Below are positions 30,978 through 39,552 of a stretch of 59,335 bases of DNA, one piece after another; position 1 is the stretch's first letter, and every line of letters begins with the position of its first letter. Below the pieces are notes generated by a model. That model saw only the letters and a program-made list of their open reading frames with translations, did not search any database and was not told where the DNA came from. The position numbers and the translations under genes are program-made. The DNA lies in NCBI GenBank assembly GCA_945607165.1, contig CALYYZ010000001.1, positions 1-59,335 on the forward strand, written 5' to 3'. The stretch is from an uncultured Ruminococcus sp. (GTDB lineage: Bacteria; Bacillota; Clostridia; Oscillospirales; Acutalibacteraceae).

Positions 30978-32504
30978 ATGTACGATGACAAAACCTGCTT
31001 TATCAACGAAAATGCAGGAAACGGTGCGGCGCTGCTTGTGTTTGACGCAACAAGAAGGCCTGTATCCTATAAGCTTAGCCGCCATATGACCTTGGGCAGG
31101 CGCAAGCCGGATTCCGTCTGCAACATTACGGTTGTTTCTGCCATAACGGGTTCTCAGCAGGGCGAGTTTATTTATAACGACTTTGACGATTCCTATTATT
31201 ACTGTGACAATGACAGCAAAAACGGAACCTATGTGAACGGCAGACTTGTCAGAGGCCGCAATCATCCGGTGAAGCTTTCCGACGGAGATATTATCAGAAT
31301 CGACCACAAAATTCTGAGCAAGCCTCACGATCAGGCGGTGCTTATTATTTTCAGCAAGAGCATTGACTTTAACAGCAGCTGGAATCAGTGTATGTTAAGC
31401 CCCGGTTCTGTTATCAGCATTGGCAGAGACAGTACCAATAATATAGTAATTAATGACATCACCGCTTCGAGAAGACACGCTACAATCAGCAACAGCGACA
31501 ACGGAATTCTTTTGTATGACAACAACAGTCAGAACGGAACATCGGTAAACGGATATGACATTAATAAGGTTCAGATGATTTATGACCACGATGTTATTTT
31601 GATTGGAAGAACTGTTTTTGTTGTTATCGGAAATATGCTGTTCTATAACGACAAAAAGGAAAACAAGGGAAGTCTGATTGTCAACATTGATAAAAAGACG
31701 GTCGGCGTAAACAGGAAGGTGCTTATCAGAGATATCCGGTTCGAGGCTGAATACGGTGATTTTGTTTTGATTTTGGGAAGCTCAGGCGCAGGAAAAACAA
31801 CGCTTATTAATGCTATTTTAGGCGACGGAAAGGCTGACGGCAAGGTTATTCTTGACGGTAAAAACCTATACGATAATTTCAAGACGATGAAATCACAGCT
31901 TGGAATCGTGCCTCAGTTTTTGACACTAAGACTCAATGATACGGTTAAAAACACGCTGATGGATGTCGCTGATGTCAAGATGGACAAACGGCAGTATTCA
32001 AAGGCAGACAAGCAAAAAATGATTGACGAGATTCTGGAAAAGGTCGGTGTGTCGGGACTTAAAAACCACCTTATCCGCCAATTAAGCGGAGGACAAAAGA
32101 AAAAGGTTTCGGTTGCCACTCAGCTTGTCGGCTTCCAAAAGGTGTTTATCTGTGACGAGCCTGACTCCGGACTTGACCCGGCTTCAAGAATCCAGCAGAT
32201 GGAGATTCTCAAGGAGGTATCGCAAAACAACAAAATTGTTATGGTGATTTCTCACGGTCCCAATGACGCTATCAACACGCAGACCGGAGAGACCTTGTTT
32301 ACAAAGGTGCTTGTGATTGCAAAATCTTCTAAGGATAATGCGGGACACCTTGCGTTCTTTGGCCCGGTGAACAACGCCCTGAGCTTTTTCGGGGTACAGT
32401 CGCTTCAGGATATCGTTTTGAAAATTAATCCTAAGCACGAGGGCGGTCAGGGACTTGCTGATTTATATATTGATAAATACAACAGCTTAAACAGGAGGGT
32501 GTAA
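30978..32504 (+). CDS. FHA-FHA-ABC ATPase
   Basis: FHA1 (LGR...SKNGTYVNG), FHA2 (IGR...SRRHA...SQNGTSVNG), Walker A GSSGAGKTT, LSGGQ, ICDEP. Confidence 0.88.
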   Translation: MYDDKTCFINENAGNGAALLVFDATRRPVSYKLSRHMTLGRRKPDSVCNITVVSAITGSQQGEFIYNDFDDSYYYCDNDSKNGTYVNGRLVRGRNHPVKLSDGDIIRIDHKILSKPHDQAVLIIFSKSIDFNSSWNQCMLSPGSVISIGRDSTNNIVINDITASRRHATISNSDNGILLYDNNSQNGTSVNGYDINKVQMIYDHDVILIGRTVFVVIGNMLFYNDKKENKGSLIVNIDKKTVGVNRKVLIRDIRFEAEYGDFVLILGSSGAGKTTLINAILGDGKADGKVILDGKNLYDNFKTMKSQLGIVPQFLTLRLNDTVKNTLMDVADVKMDKRQYSKADKQKMIDEILEKVGVSGLKNHLIRQLSGGQKKKVSVATQLVGFQKVFICDEPDSGLDPASRIQQMEILKEVSQNNKIVMVISHGPNDAINTQTGETLFTKVLVIAKSSKDNAGHLAFFGPVNNALSFFGVQSLQDIVLKINPKHEGGQGLADLYIDKYNSLNRRV

Positions 32505-32506
32505 TT

Positions 32507-33334
32507 ATGGGAGCTTCTTTCTCAACGCAGACAAGCGTGTATTTTAAGAAAATTGCAAGAATCGCTATGAGAGAAAAGGCTTGGAAGTTTATAGTATTCG
32601 CAGGAATTATCGCTTTTATAGTTGCGGCGGTAGTCGGCGGAGATATGTTTTCTACATATGACGACACAAAGTCAGGATTTTTCACGATTGCCTCTGCTTG
32701 TATCTGGATAGGAATATTCAACTCTATCCAAAGCGTGTGCAAGGAGCACGAGATTATCCGTTCCGAGTACAGACAGGGTATGAAAATATCCTCATACATC
32801 ATTGCAAATGTGCTTTGGCAGGCTGTTTTGAGCCTGATTCAGAGTGTACTGACCTTTGTTATCCTCTGTATATTTGTTGACTTTAACTCTGACGGAATAA
32901 TATTATCAGCCTATGTTGAGTACTTTACAACAATATATCTTCTGATTTTCTGCTCGGCTGTTTTAGGCTTGATGGTTTCCTCTGTTTCGGGCAATCCGAC
33001 CACCGCAATGACAATTATGCCGTTTGTGCTGATTTTACAGCTAATTATGAGTGGAGTTTTGTTTGAGCTTGAAGGCTTTGCCGAGGGTCTTGCGGTAATC
33101 ACCTTCAGCAAATGGGGAATGTCTGCCTTTGGCAGTATTGCAAACCTGAACAGTGACTCATATTCGCTGGCAATCAGCGAGGCTTTCCCGAATGTTGTTC
33201 GTCTTGAGGAGGAGGAGTGCTTCAATCACGAGGCATCAAACCTTTTGCTTGCCTGGGGCAGTTGTGCGCTTATCGCCGCTGTGTGTGTTGTCGTAAGCAT
33301 TGTAAGCATTAAGCTTAAAAACAAAGATTCCTAA
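32507..33334 (+). CDS. ABC-2 type permease partner of the FHA-ATPase
   Basis: About 6 TM segments, CIWIGIFNSIQSVCKE, ILQLIMSG.LF; 2 nt after the ATPase. Confidence 0.85.
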   Translation: MGASFSTQTSVYFKKIARIAMREKAWKFIVFAGIIAFIVAAVVGGDMFSTYDDTKSGFFTIASACIWIGIFNSIQSVCKEHEIIRSEYRQGMKISSYIIANVLWQAVLSLIQSVLTFVILCIFVDFNSDGIILSAYVEYFTTIYLLIFCSAVLGLMVSSVSGNPTTAMTIMPFVLILQLIMSGVLFELEGFAEGLAVITFSKWGMSAFGSIANLNSDSYSLAISEAFPNVVRLEEEECFNHEASNLLLAWGSCALIAAVCVVVSIVSIKLKNKDS

Positions 33335-33389
33335 GGGAACACAGAATAAATCACATCAAAAGATGTGCAAACGATTCAATCATTGTTTT
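33335..33389 (+). mobile_element. Degenerate, internally deleted MITE copy directly after a CTAA stop
   Basis: GGGAACACAGAATAAATCACATCA...GATTCAATCATTGTTTT resembles both ends of 53447-53619. Confidence 0.6.
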
Positions 33390-33429
33390 TGATATATTAG
33401 TCACAATAAATATTATAACATAATAAATT

Positions 33430-33498
33430 AAGGCTTCCGTAGGTGGTGTTCACTCATAAAAGCGTATGACTTTTTGTGTGAACATCACGGGAAGCCTT
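33430..33498. terminator. Long hairpin between convergent genes
   Basis: aaggcttcc/ggaagcctt plus gtgttcac/gtgaacat. Confidence 0.55.
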
Positions 33499-33504
33499 TT
33501 CCAT

Positions 33505-34164
33505 TTATATTTCTCCGGTGTCGGATTCGGAGATTTCTCTGAGGCGGGAATGGTTTTTAATGATGATTTTTCGGTATTGAGTTGTGATTATTCCCCGGGC
33601 TGCGAGCTTTGAGAGGGTTTTGCTGACGGTTACCCGTGACACGCCCACTGACGAGGCTATTTCCTCGTGCGTAAGCCTTACGGTGCCGTCGGCTTCACTA
33701 CAGATAAGCAATCTTGCTATTCTCGCTCTTGCCTGCAAAAAGGTCATTGAATCAAGCTGAGTAGACAAAAGACGGATTCTTTTTGACAATATTTCAAGCA
33801 GCTCAAGAGCAAGATTCGGCTTCGTCTTAAAAAGCTCGGTAAGGGTGTTTTTGTCAACGGTGACAACCTCACAGGCGGTAACGGCTCTGGCTGAGCTTAC
33901 TCTCGGCAGACCGTCAAAAAACGCACCTTCGCCCAAAAGCTCTCCGCCGCAGGCGGTGCTCAAAGTTCGCTCCATTCCGTCGGGCGAATTCATAAAGACG
34001 CAGACCTTACCCCTTTTTAAGTAGCAAAAGGTTGTTGCTGTGTCGCCCTGGCGGTAAATTATCTCGCCTTTTTCATAGCTTCGGACAGTAGGCAGCCTGT
34101 CAAAAATCCTCTGCATATTGCTGCCTGACGAATCAGCTTTGCTGCTGTAGCTTTCAACTTGCAT
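33505..34164 (-). CDS. Crp/Fnr family transcriptional regulator
   Basis: cNMP-binding domain (YEKGEIIYRQGD, LLGE...PRVSSARA) plus HTH LTHEEIASSVGVSRVTVSK. Confidence 0.92.
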   Translation of the reverse strand: MQVESYSSKADSSGSNMQRIFDRLPTVRSYEKGEIIYRQGDTATTFCYLKRGKVCVFMNSPDGMERTLSTACGGELLGEGAFFDGLPRVSSARAVTACEVVTVDKNTLTELFKTKPNLALELLEILSKRIRLLSTQLDSMTFLQARARIARLLICSEADGTVRLTHEEIASSVGVSRVTVSKTLSKLAARGIITTQYRKIIIKNHSRLREISESDTGEI

Positions 34165-34189
34165 AATATCACCGATGTAATAATCTCTG

Positions 34190-35470
34190 TCAGCCGATTA
34201 TTTCTTTGCCGCCCATATACGGTCTCAGAGCAGTCGGAATATTTACCGTGCCGTCTTCGTTGAGATTGTTTTCAAGGAAGGCAATCAACATTCTGGGGGG
34301 AGCAACAACTGTGTTGTTGAGGGTGTGAGCAAAGTATTTTTTGCCGCCCTCGCCCGATACACGGATTTTCAAACGACGAGCCTGAGCGTCACCGAGGTTG
34401 GAGCAGGAGCCGACCTCAAAATATTTTTTCTGACGAGGCGACCACGCCTCAACATCTATTGAACGAACCTTGAGGTCTGCCAAATCACCCGAACAGCACT
34501 CAAGTGTTCTTACGGGTATATCAAGAGAACGGAAAAGGTCAACTGTGTTCTGCCACAGCTTGTCAAACCAAGCCTTGCTTTCTTCGGGCTTGCAGACAAC
34601 AATCATCTCCTGCTTTTCAAACTGGTGAATTCTGTAAACGCCTCTTTCCTCAATGCCGTGAGCACCCTTTTCCTTGCGGAAGCAGGGAGAATAGCTTGTT
34701 AGCGTTTGCGGCAGATCTTCTTCCCTGTTTATTGTGTCGATAAATTTTCCGATCATAGAATGTTCGCTTGTGCCGATGAGGAATAGATCCTCTCCCTCAA
34801 TTTTATACATCATTGAATCCATTTCGGCGAAGCTCATAACACCGGTTACAACATTGCTTCTTATCATATAGGGCGGAATACAGTAGGTAAAGCCTCTGTC
34901 AATCATAAAATCTCTGGCATATGAGATTACTGCGCTGTGGAGCCTTGCAATATCTCCCATTAGATAGTAAAAGCCGTTTCCTGCAACCTTTCTTGCTGAG
35001 TCAAGGTCAATACCGTTGAGCTTTTCCATTATCTCGGTGTGGTAGGGTACTTCAAAATCGGGCACAAACGGCTCGCCGAAGCGTTCAACCTCAACATTCA
35101 TTGAGTCGTCCTTGCCGATGGGTACTTTCTCGTCAATAATCTGAGGAATCTGCATCATAATCTCGGTAACCTCTGCGCTGAGCTTTGCTTCCTTTTCCTC
35201 AAGCTCGGAAAGCTGCTGTGCCTGCCTTGTTACCTCTTCCTTGAGAGCCATTCCCTCTTCCTTTTTGCCCTGTGCCATCAGTGCGCCGATTTGCTTTGAA
35301 ACCTTGTTACGGTTTGAACGAAGCTCATCTGCCTGCTGCTTTACGGCACGGCTCTGAGCGTCAAGCTCAATTACCTTGTCAACCAGCTCAAGCTTGTGCT
35401 CCTGATATTTTTTTCTGATATTTTCCTTTACTGCTTCGGGGTTTTCTCTTAAAAATTTAATATCAATCAT
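34190..35470 (-). CDS. serS: Seryl-tRNA synthetase
   Basis: MIDIKFLREN, LIGTSEH, CFRKEKG, RIHQFEKQE, EVGSCSN, HTLN. Confidence 0.97.
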   Translation of the reverse strand: MIDIKFLRENPEAVKENIRKKYQEHKLELVDKVIELDAQSRAVKQQADELRSNRNKVSKQIGALMAQGKKEEGMALKEEVTRQAQQLSELEEKEAKLSAEVTEIMMQIPQIIDEKVPIGKDDSMNVEVERFGEPFVPDFEVPYHTEIMEKLNGIDLDSARKVAGNGFYYLMGDIARLHSAVISYARDFMIDRGFTYCIPPYMIRSNVVTGVMSFAEMDSMMYKIEGEDLFLIGTSEHSMIGKFIDTINREEDLPQTLTSYSPCFRKEKGAHGIEERGVYRIHQFEKQEMIVVCKPEESKAWFDKLWQNTVDLFRSLDIPVRTLECCSGDLADLKVRSIDVEAWSPRQKKYFEVGSCSNLGDAQARRLKIRVSGEGGKKYFAHTLNNTVVAPPRMLIAFLENNLNEDGTVNIPTALRPYMGGKEIIG

Positions 35471-35489
35471 TTTTATCTATCCTTTCATA

Positions 35490-36338
35490 TCATTTAAGCT
35501 TGTTTGATAGCTCTTTAAGCTCATCATCGGAGTAAAATTCAATTTGAAGAATTCCGCCCTGCTTGCCCTTATTTTTTGAAATTCTGATTTTTCTTCCCAG
35601 ACTTTCGTTGAGAGCAAGCTCGACCATACTGTAAAACGATGGCTTTTTTTCGGGAGCTGTTTCCTTTGCGGATTTAGGGGTTTGCTTACAGATTTTTTCA
35701 ACCTGACGAACCGACAGGTCATTTTTGATTATCTCGTCTGCAAGCTCCTGCATATGTCCTTCGTCCTCAAGCGTGAGCAGCGCTCTTGCGTGACCGGCGG
35801 AGATTTTTCCCTCTGACACCAAATCAAGAATACTCTGAGGAAGCTTTAAAAGCCTGAGAGCGTTTGCTACGGCAGGTCTTGACTTTCCCACCGACTGTGC
35901 AACCTCCTCCTGAGAAAAGCCGTGCTCGTCCATAAGCACCCTGTAGCCAAGTGCTTCTTCAACGGGGGTTAAATCTTCCCTTTGCAGATTCTCAATCAGT
36001 GCGATTTCCATTGTTTCAGTTTCACCAAGCTCACGGATAATTACGGGAACCTCGGTTATTCCCGCCATTCGGCAGGCTCGGTAACGGCGCTCGCCGGCTA
36101 CAATCTGATATCCGCCCAAGGCAAGCGGCCTTACAAGCAGCGGCTGAAGCAGGCCGTGCTTAGATATACTTTCGGCAAGCTCGCCCAGAGCCTTTTCGTC
36201 GAACTCCTTTCTCGGCTGAGAACGGTTAGGCTCTATTTCGGATATTTTCAGCGTTACACTGCTGTTGTTATCCTCGCTGTCATTTTCTATAAAAATTGCG
36301 TTGAGGCCTTTTCCCAGACCTCCGAGCTTTTTAGCCAT
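35490..36338 (-). CDS. parB: ParB/Spo0J chromosome partitioning protein
   Basis: GGLGKGLNA, QPRKEF, IVAGERRYRA, IENLQREDL; start at MAKK after aaaggag. Confidence 0.95.
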   Translation of the reverse strand: MAKKLGGLGKGLNAIFIENDSEDNNSSVTLKISEIEPNRSQPRKEFDEKALGELAESISKHGLLQPLLVRPLALGGYQIVAGERRYRACRMAGITEVPVIIRELGETETMEIALIENLQREDLTPVEEALGYRVLMDEHGFSQEEVAQSVGKSRPAVANALRLLKLPQSILDLVSEGKISAGHARALLTLEDEGHMQELADEIIKNDLSVRQVEKICKQTPKSAKETAPEKKPSFYSMVELALNESLGRKIRISKNKGKQGGILQIEFYSDDELKELSNKLK

Positions 36339-37104
36339 TTTTACGCTCCTTTGCAATAATTTCGTTTGTCATCTCTGTGTATGCAAGGCTTCCCTTACAG
36401 CCTTTGTCATAGTAGATTACCGGCATACCGAAGCTTGGTGCCTCGGACAGCCTGACTCCTCTGGGAATAACGGTTTTGAACACCTTTCCGGGGAAAAACT
36501 TTTTAACCTCGTTTACAACCTGCTGGGTAAGATTGAGTCTGCCGTCAAACATCGTGAGCAGCACACCCTCAAGCTCAATAGCCTGATTGTACTGCCTTTT
36601 TATTCTGCGCACTGTGCTCATAAGCTGAGACAGGCCTTCAAGTGCATAGTATTCGCACTGAATCGGCACTAAGAAGCTGTCAGCTACCGTAAGTGCGTTT
36701 GCGGTGATTAGTCCGAGTGACGGAGGGCAGTCTATTATTATGTAGTCATAATACTGCTTTATCGGCAGGAGTGCGTTTTTGAGCAGAGCCTCTCTGTGAG
36801 GCTTTTCCGCAATTTCAAGCTCGGCTGCCGCCAAATCAAGGCTTGACGGAATTATATGCAGGTTTTCGTACGGTGTTGTGATAACACATTGATCTGCCTT
36901 TGCACCCTCCACAAAAATGTCATAGGTTGACATTTTAACCTGTCTTTTGTCAATGGCGACTCCGCTTGTGGCATTTCCCTGGGGGTCAGCGTCAACAAGC
37001 AATGTTTTTTTGCCTGCAACGCCGAGACAGGCTGCAAAATTAACGGCGGTTGTTGTCTTTCCTACTCCGCCCTTTTGATTGGAAATTGCAATAATCTTTG
37101 CCAA
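36331..37104 (-). CDS. parA: ParA/Soj ATPase
   Basis: NQKGGVGKTTT, DADPQGNA, IDCPPSLG, QCEYYALEG, LSEAPSFG. Confidence 0.96.
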   Translation of the reverse strand: MAKIIAISNQKGGVGKTTTAVNFAACLGVAGKKTLLVDADPQGNATSGVAIDKRQVKMSTYDIFVEGAKADQCVITTPYENLHIIPSSLDLAAAELEIAEKPHREALLKNALLPIKQYYDYIIIDCPPSLGLITANALTVADSFLVPIQCEYYALEGLSQLMSTVRRIKRQYNQAIELEGVLLTMFDGRLNLTQQVVNEVKKFFPGKVFKTVIPRGVRLSEAPSFGMPVIYYDKGCKGSLAYTEMTNEIIAKERKNG

Positions 37105-37230
37105 ATGATCACCTTATCTGTAAAAATTTTGCTGTTTTTCTGATAATTTTCGATACCATTAAATTATATCATACTTTACAGCTATTTTAAAGCATATTTT
37201 TCAGTATTTTTGAATTCTGATTGTACTGAT

Positions 37231-37246
37231 TGTTTCACGTGAAACA
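37231..37246. promoter_or_regulatory. parS site
   Basis: Perfect TGTTTCACGTGAAACA. Confidence 0.95.
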
Positions 37247-37341
37247 CTCAGATATTATTTGTTTTTTATGTTTATCTTTATACAAATTTTCTGACTGTTA
37301 CATTTTAGCTTTCGGTTTTAGTATTACAAAGCAGAAATGCA

Positions 37342-37372
37342 AAAAGCTGTGCAGGGCTTCTGCACAGCTTTT
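37342..37372 (-). terminator. Terminator after noc
   Basis: aaaagctgtgcag/ctgcacagctttt. Confidence 0.65.
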
Positions 37373-37441
37373 CGCAAGGGGTTTAGATAAGGAAATGGGT
37401 ATGAGTGGAACGGATGCTTTCGCATCCAACTGGAAAGTTAG

Positions 37442-38269
37442 TTAAGCGGATTTTTCGTTGTCAGATTCTTTTTGTTTGGGTATTCTGATGGTGTATGTGA
37501 TAAAATTATCTGAGTCGATTTTATCTGACTCAAGCTCAATTCCGGCAAGTCGAATTGTATCTATTGCCTTATTGATGGTATTAACAAAAATTCTGACGTC
37601 CTTTATCACCGCTTTTTGTGTGCCCGGCTTTCGCCTTGATTTTTCTTGGGCACTGATGTTTAAGGCAACAAGCTCCTCTGTCTGGGCTACATTAAGTCCT
37701 TCCGAAATAATCTTTGAAATTACTTCCTGCCTTACCTGCTCGTCTTCAATTCGCAGGAGTGCTCTTGCGTGTCGCTCGGTCAGGGCGGATTTTTCTATCA
37801 GCTCCTGCTCCTCGTATGTAAGCCGCAGCAGTCTCAGCTTGTTGGCAATGCTTGACTGGCTTTTTCCCAATCTTTTTGCCGCCTGCTCCTGTGTGAGTCC
37901 GTAGCGGTGAATCAGTCGGGAAATTCCTCTTGCTTCCTCGAACATTCCAAGGTCGCTGCGCTGGAGATTTTCGATTAAAGCATAAGCCGCCGATTCCTTT
38001 TCAGAGCACTTAATAATAATGCAGGGGACCTTTCGCAGTCCTGCCATTACGGAGGCACGAAGCCGGCGTTCGCCTGCAATCAGCTCATATTCATTTGCCG
38101 TTACTCTGCGAACGGTCAGGGGTTGGAGAATACCGTTCTCGGAGATTGACTTTGAAAGAGCCAAAAGCTCGTCTTCATCGAAGAGCCTGCGAGGCTGCGC
38201 CTTGTTAGGTCGAATTTTAACTATTGGTATTTCGGAAATTTTACTTTCACTTTTGAACATAAAATTCAA
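37442..38269 (-). CDS. noc: Nucleoid occlusion protein Noc (ParB paralog)
   Basis: IAGERRLRA, IENLQR, KSQSSIANKLRLL, KDVRIFVNTI; between rsmG and parA. Confidence 0.85.
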   Translation of the reverse strand: MNFMFKSESKISEIPIVKIRPNKAQPRRLFDEDELLALSKSISENGILQPLTVRRVTANEYELIAGERRLRASVMAGLRKVPCIIIKCSEKESAAYALIENLQRSDLGMFEEARGISRLIHRYGLTQEQAAKRLGKSQSSIANKLRLLRLTYEEQELIEKSALTERHARALLRIEDEQVRQEVISKIISEGLNVAQTEELVALNISAQEKSRRKPGTQKAVIKDVRIFVNTINKAIDTIRLAGIELESDKIDSDNFITYTIRIPKQKESDNEKSA

Positions 38270-38409
38270 CCGTATCGCCCCGTGTCCTTATAGCCTCAGG
38301 GGTTGTCCCTGTGCTATTATAATACCACCTTCATCGCGCACTATATGTCGCTTTCTGAGCAATTTTTATATAAGGTTTTGAAATATCAGAAACTTATTTA
38401 AGGAATTAT

Positions 38410-38748
38410 GTCGAGTACCTCGGTCGAGTGCCTCGACACGCAATTCGTGTAGATAGCTTCATCTGTATAAGACTTCTTTTCCCAAGAGTTAACTTCACAA
38501 ATCGGTTATGTTTATCAGTCAAGTACCTCGGTCAAGTACCTTGACGGGTAATTCGTGTAGACAGCTTCATCTGTATAAGACTTCTCTTCCCGAGAGTTGG
38601 CTTCATAAATCGGTTATGTTTATCAGTCAAGTACCTCGGTCGAGTGCCTCGACACGCAATTCGTGTAGATAGCTTCATCTGTATAAGACTTCTTTTCCCG
38701 AGAGTTGGCTTCATAAATCGGTTATGCTTTTCGGTCAAGTGCCTTGAC
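38410..38748. repeat. 3 x 108-bp tandem repeat with GTCRAG-TRC-CTYGAC palindromes
   Basis: Units start at 38410, 38518 and 38626; terminal palindrome at 38734-38748. Confidence 0.92.
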
Positions 38749-38833
38749 TGTTTTTAAGCAGAGCCTAAATAATTTAACAGTTTGTTGTATTTTCTTATCA
38801 AATAATACTACGGAGCATTTCTGCTCCGTAGTA

Positions 38834-39544
38834 TTAAAGCGGTTTGGATTTGATTTTTGCCGATATTCTCGGATATTTCGGCGGAGTGTGATTAAGCTTT
38901 GCGATTTCAACAATCGTGCGAGTGCCGCCGTTGCCCGGCAGTGAAAAGCTGTGAACAGCCTTTACCCCTCCTCCAAGCTGAGCCATTGCATTTTTTGCCT
39001 CGAAAAGCTCAGATTCTCCGTCGGGACCCTTCATTGCAACGAAGCTTCCGCCCGGCTTTACATAGGGCAGACAATATTCCGAGAGAATATTCAGTCTTGC
39101 CACAGCTCTTGAAACTGCAAAATCATAGGCTTCTCTCTGGCTTGTATTTTTTGCTCCGTCCTCGGCACGGCTGTGTACAAGCTCCGCCTCAAGACCGAGC
39201 CTTGTCAAAACCTCGTCAAGAAACATAAGTCTTTTGTTAAGGCTGTCAAGCAAGGTCAGATTTATATCGGGACGGGCAATTTTGAGCACTACTCCCGGAA
39301 AGCCTGCGCCCGTTCCCACATCAATCACCCGACTGCCCTGTGGAACCTCTATACAGTTGAAAAATGCCAGACAATCGGCAAAATGCTTCACCGCAACACC
39401 CTGAGGGTCGGTGATTGCTGTCAGATTCATCTTTTCGTTCCACTCAACAAGCAATTCAAAATAGGCTTGAAGCTGTTGGTATTGTTTGTCGCCAAGCGCA
39501 GCTTTATAGTCTGATATAAGCGGCTGCAAAATATTTTTAATCAT
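38834..39544 (-). CDS. rsmG: 16S rRNA m7G527 methyltransferase RsmG/GidB
   Basis: WNEKMNLTAI, DVGTGAGFPG, SRAVARL, TPPKYPR. Confidence 0.96.
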   Translation of the reverse strand: MIKNILQPLISDYKAALGDKQYQQLQAYFELLVEWNEKMNLTAITDPQGVAVKHFADCLAFFNCIEVPQGSRVIDVGTGAGFPGVVLKIARPDINLTLLDSLNKRLMFLDEVLTRLGLEAELVHSRAEDGAKNTSQREAYDFAVSRAVARLNILSEYCLPYVKPGGSFVAMKGPDGESELFEAKNAMAQLGGGVKAVHSFSLPGNGGTRTIVEIAKLNHTPPKYPRISAKIKSKPL

Positions 39545-39552
39545 AATTTCAC

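Noticed and set aside
37230-37445. ORF starting MFHVKH
   Set aside because: It is the translation of the parS palindrome, a familiar spurious call.
38410-38748. CRISPR array interpretation of the 108-bp repeats
   Set aside because: The sequences between palindromes are near-identical rather than unique spacers, and no cas genes are in the window.
38532-38913. ORFs 38532..38738 and 38722..38913
   Set aside because: By-products of a 108-bp (36-codon) repeat period and rsmG overlap; no RBS and no recognisable protein.
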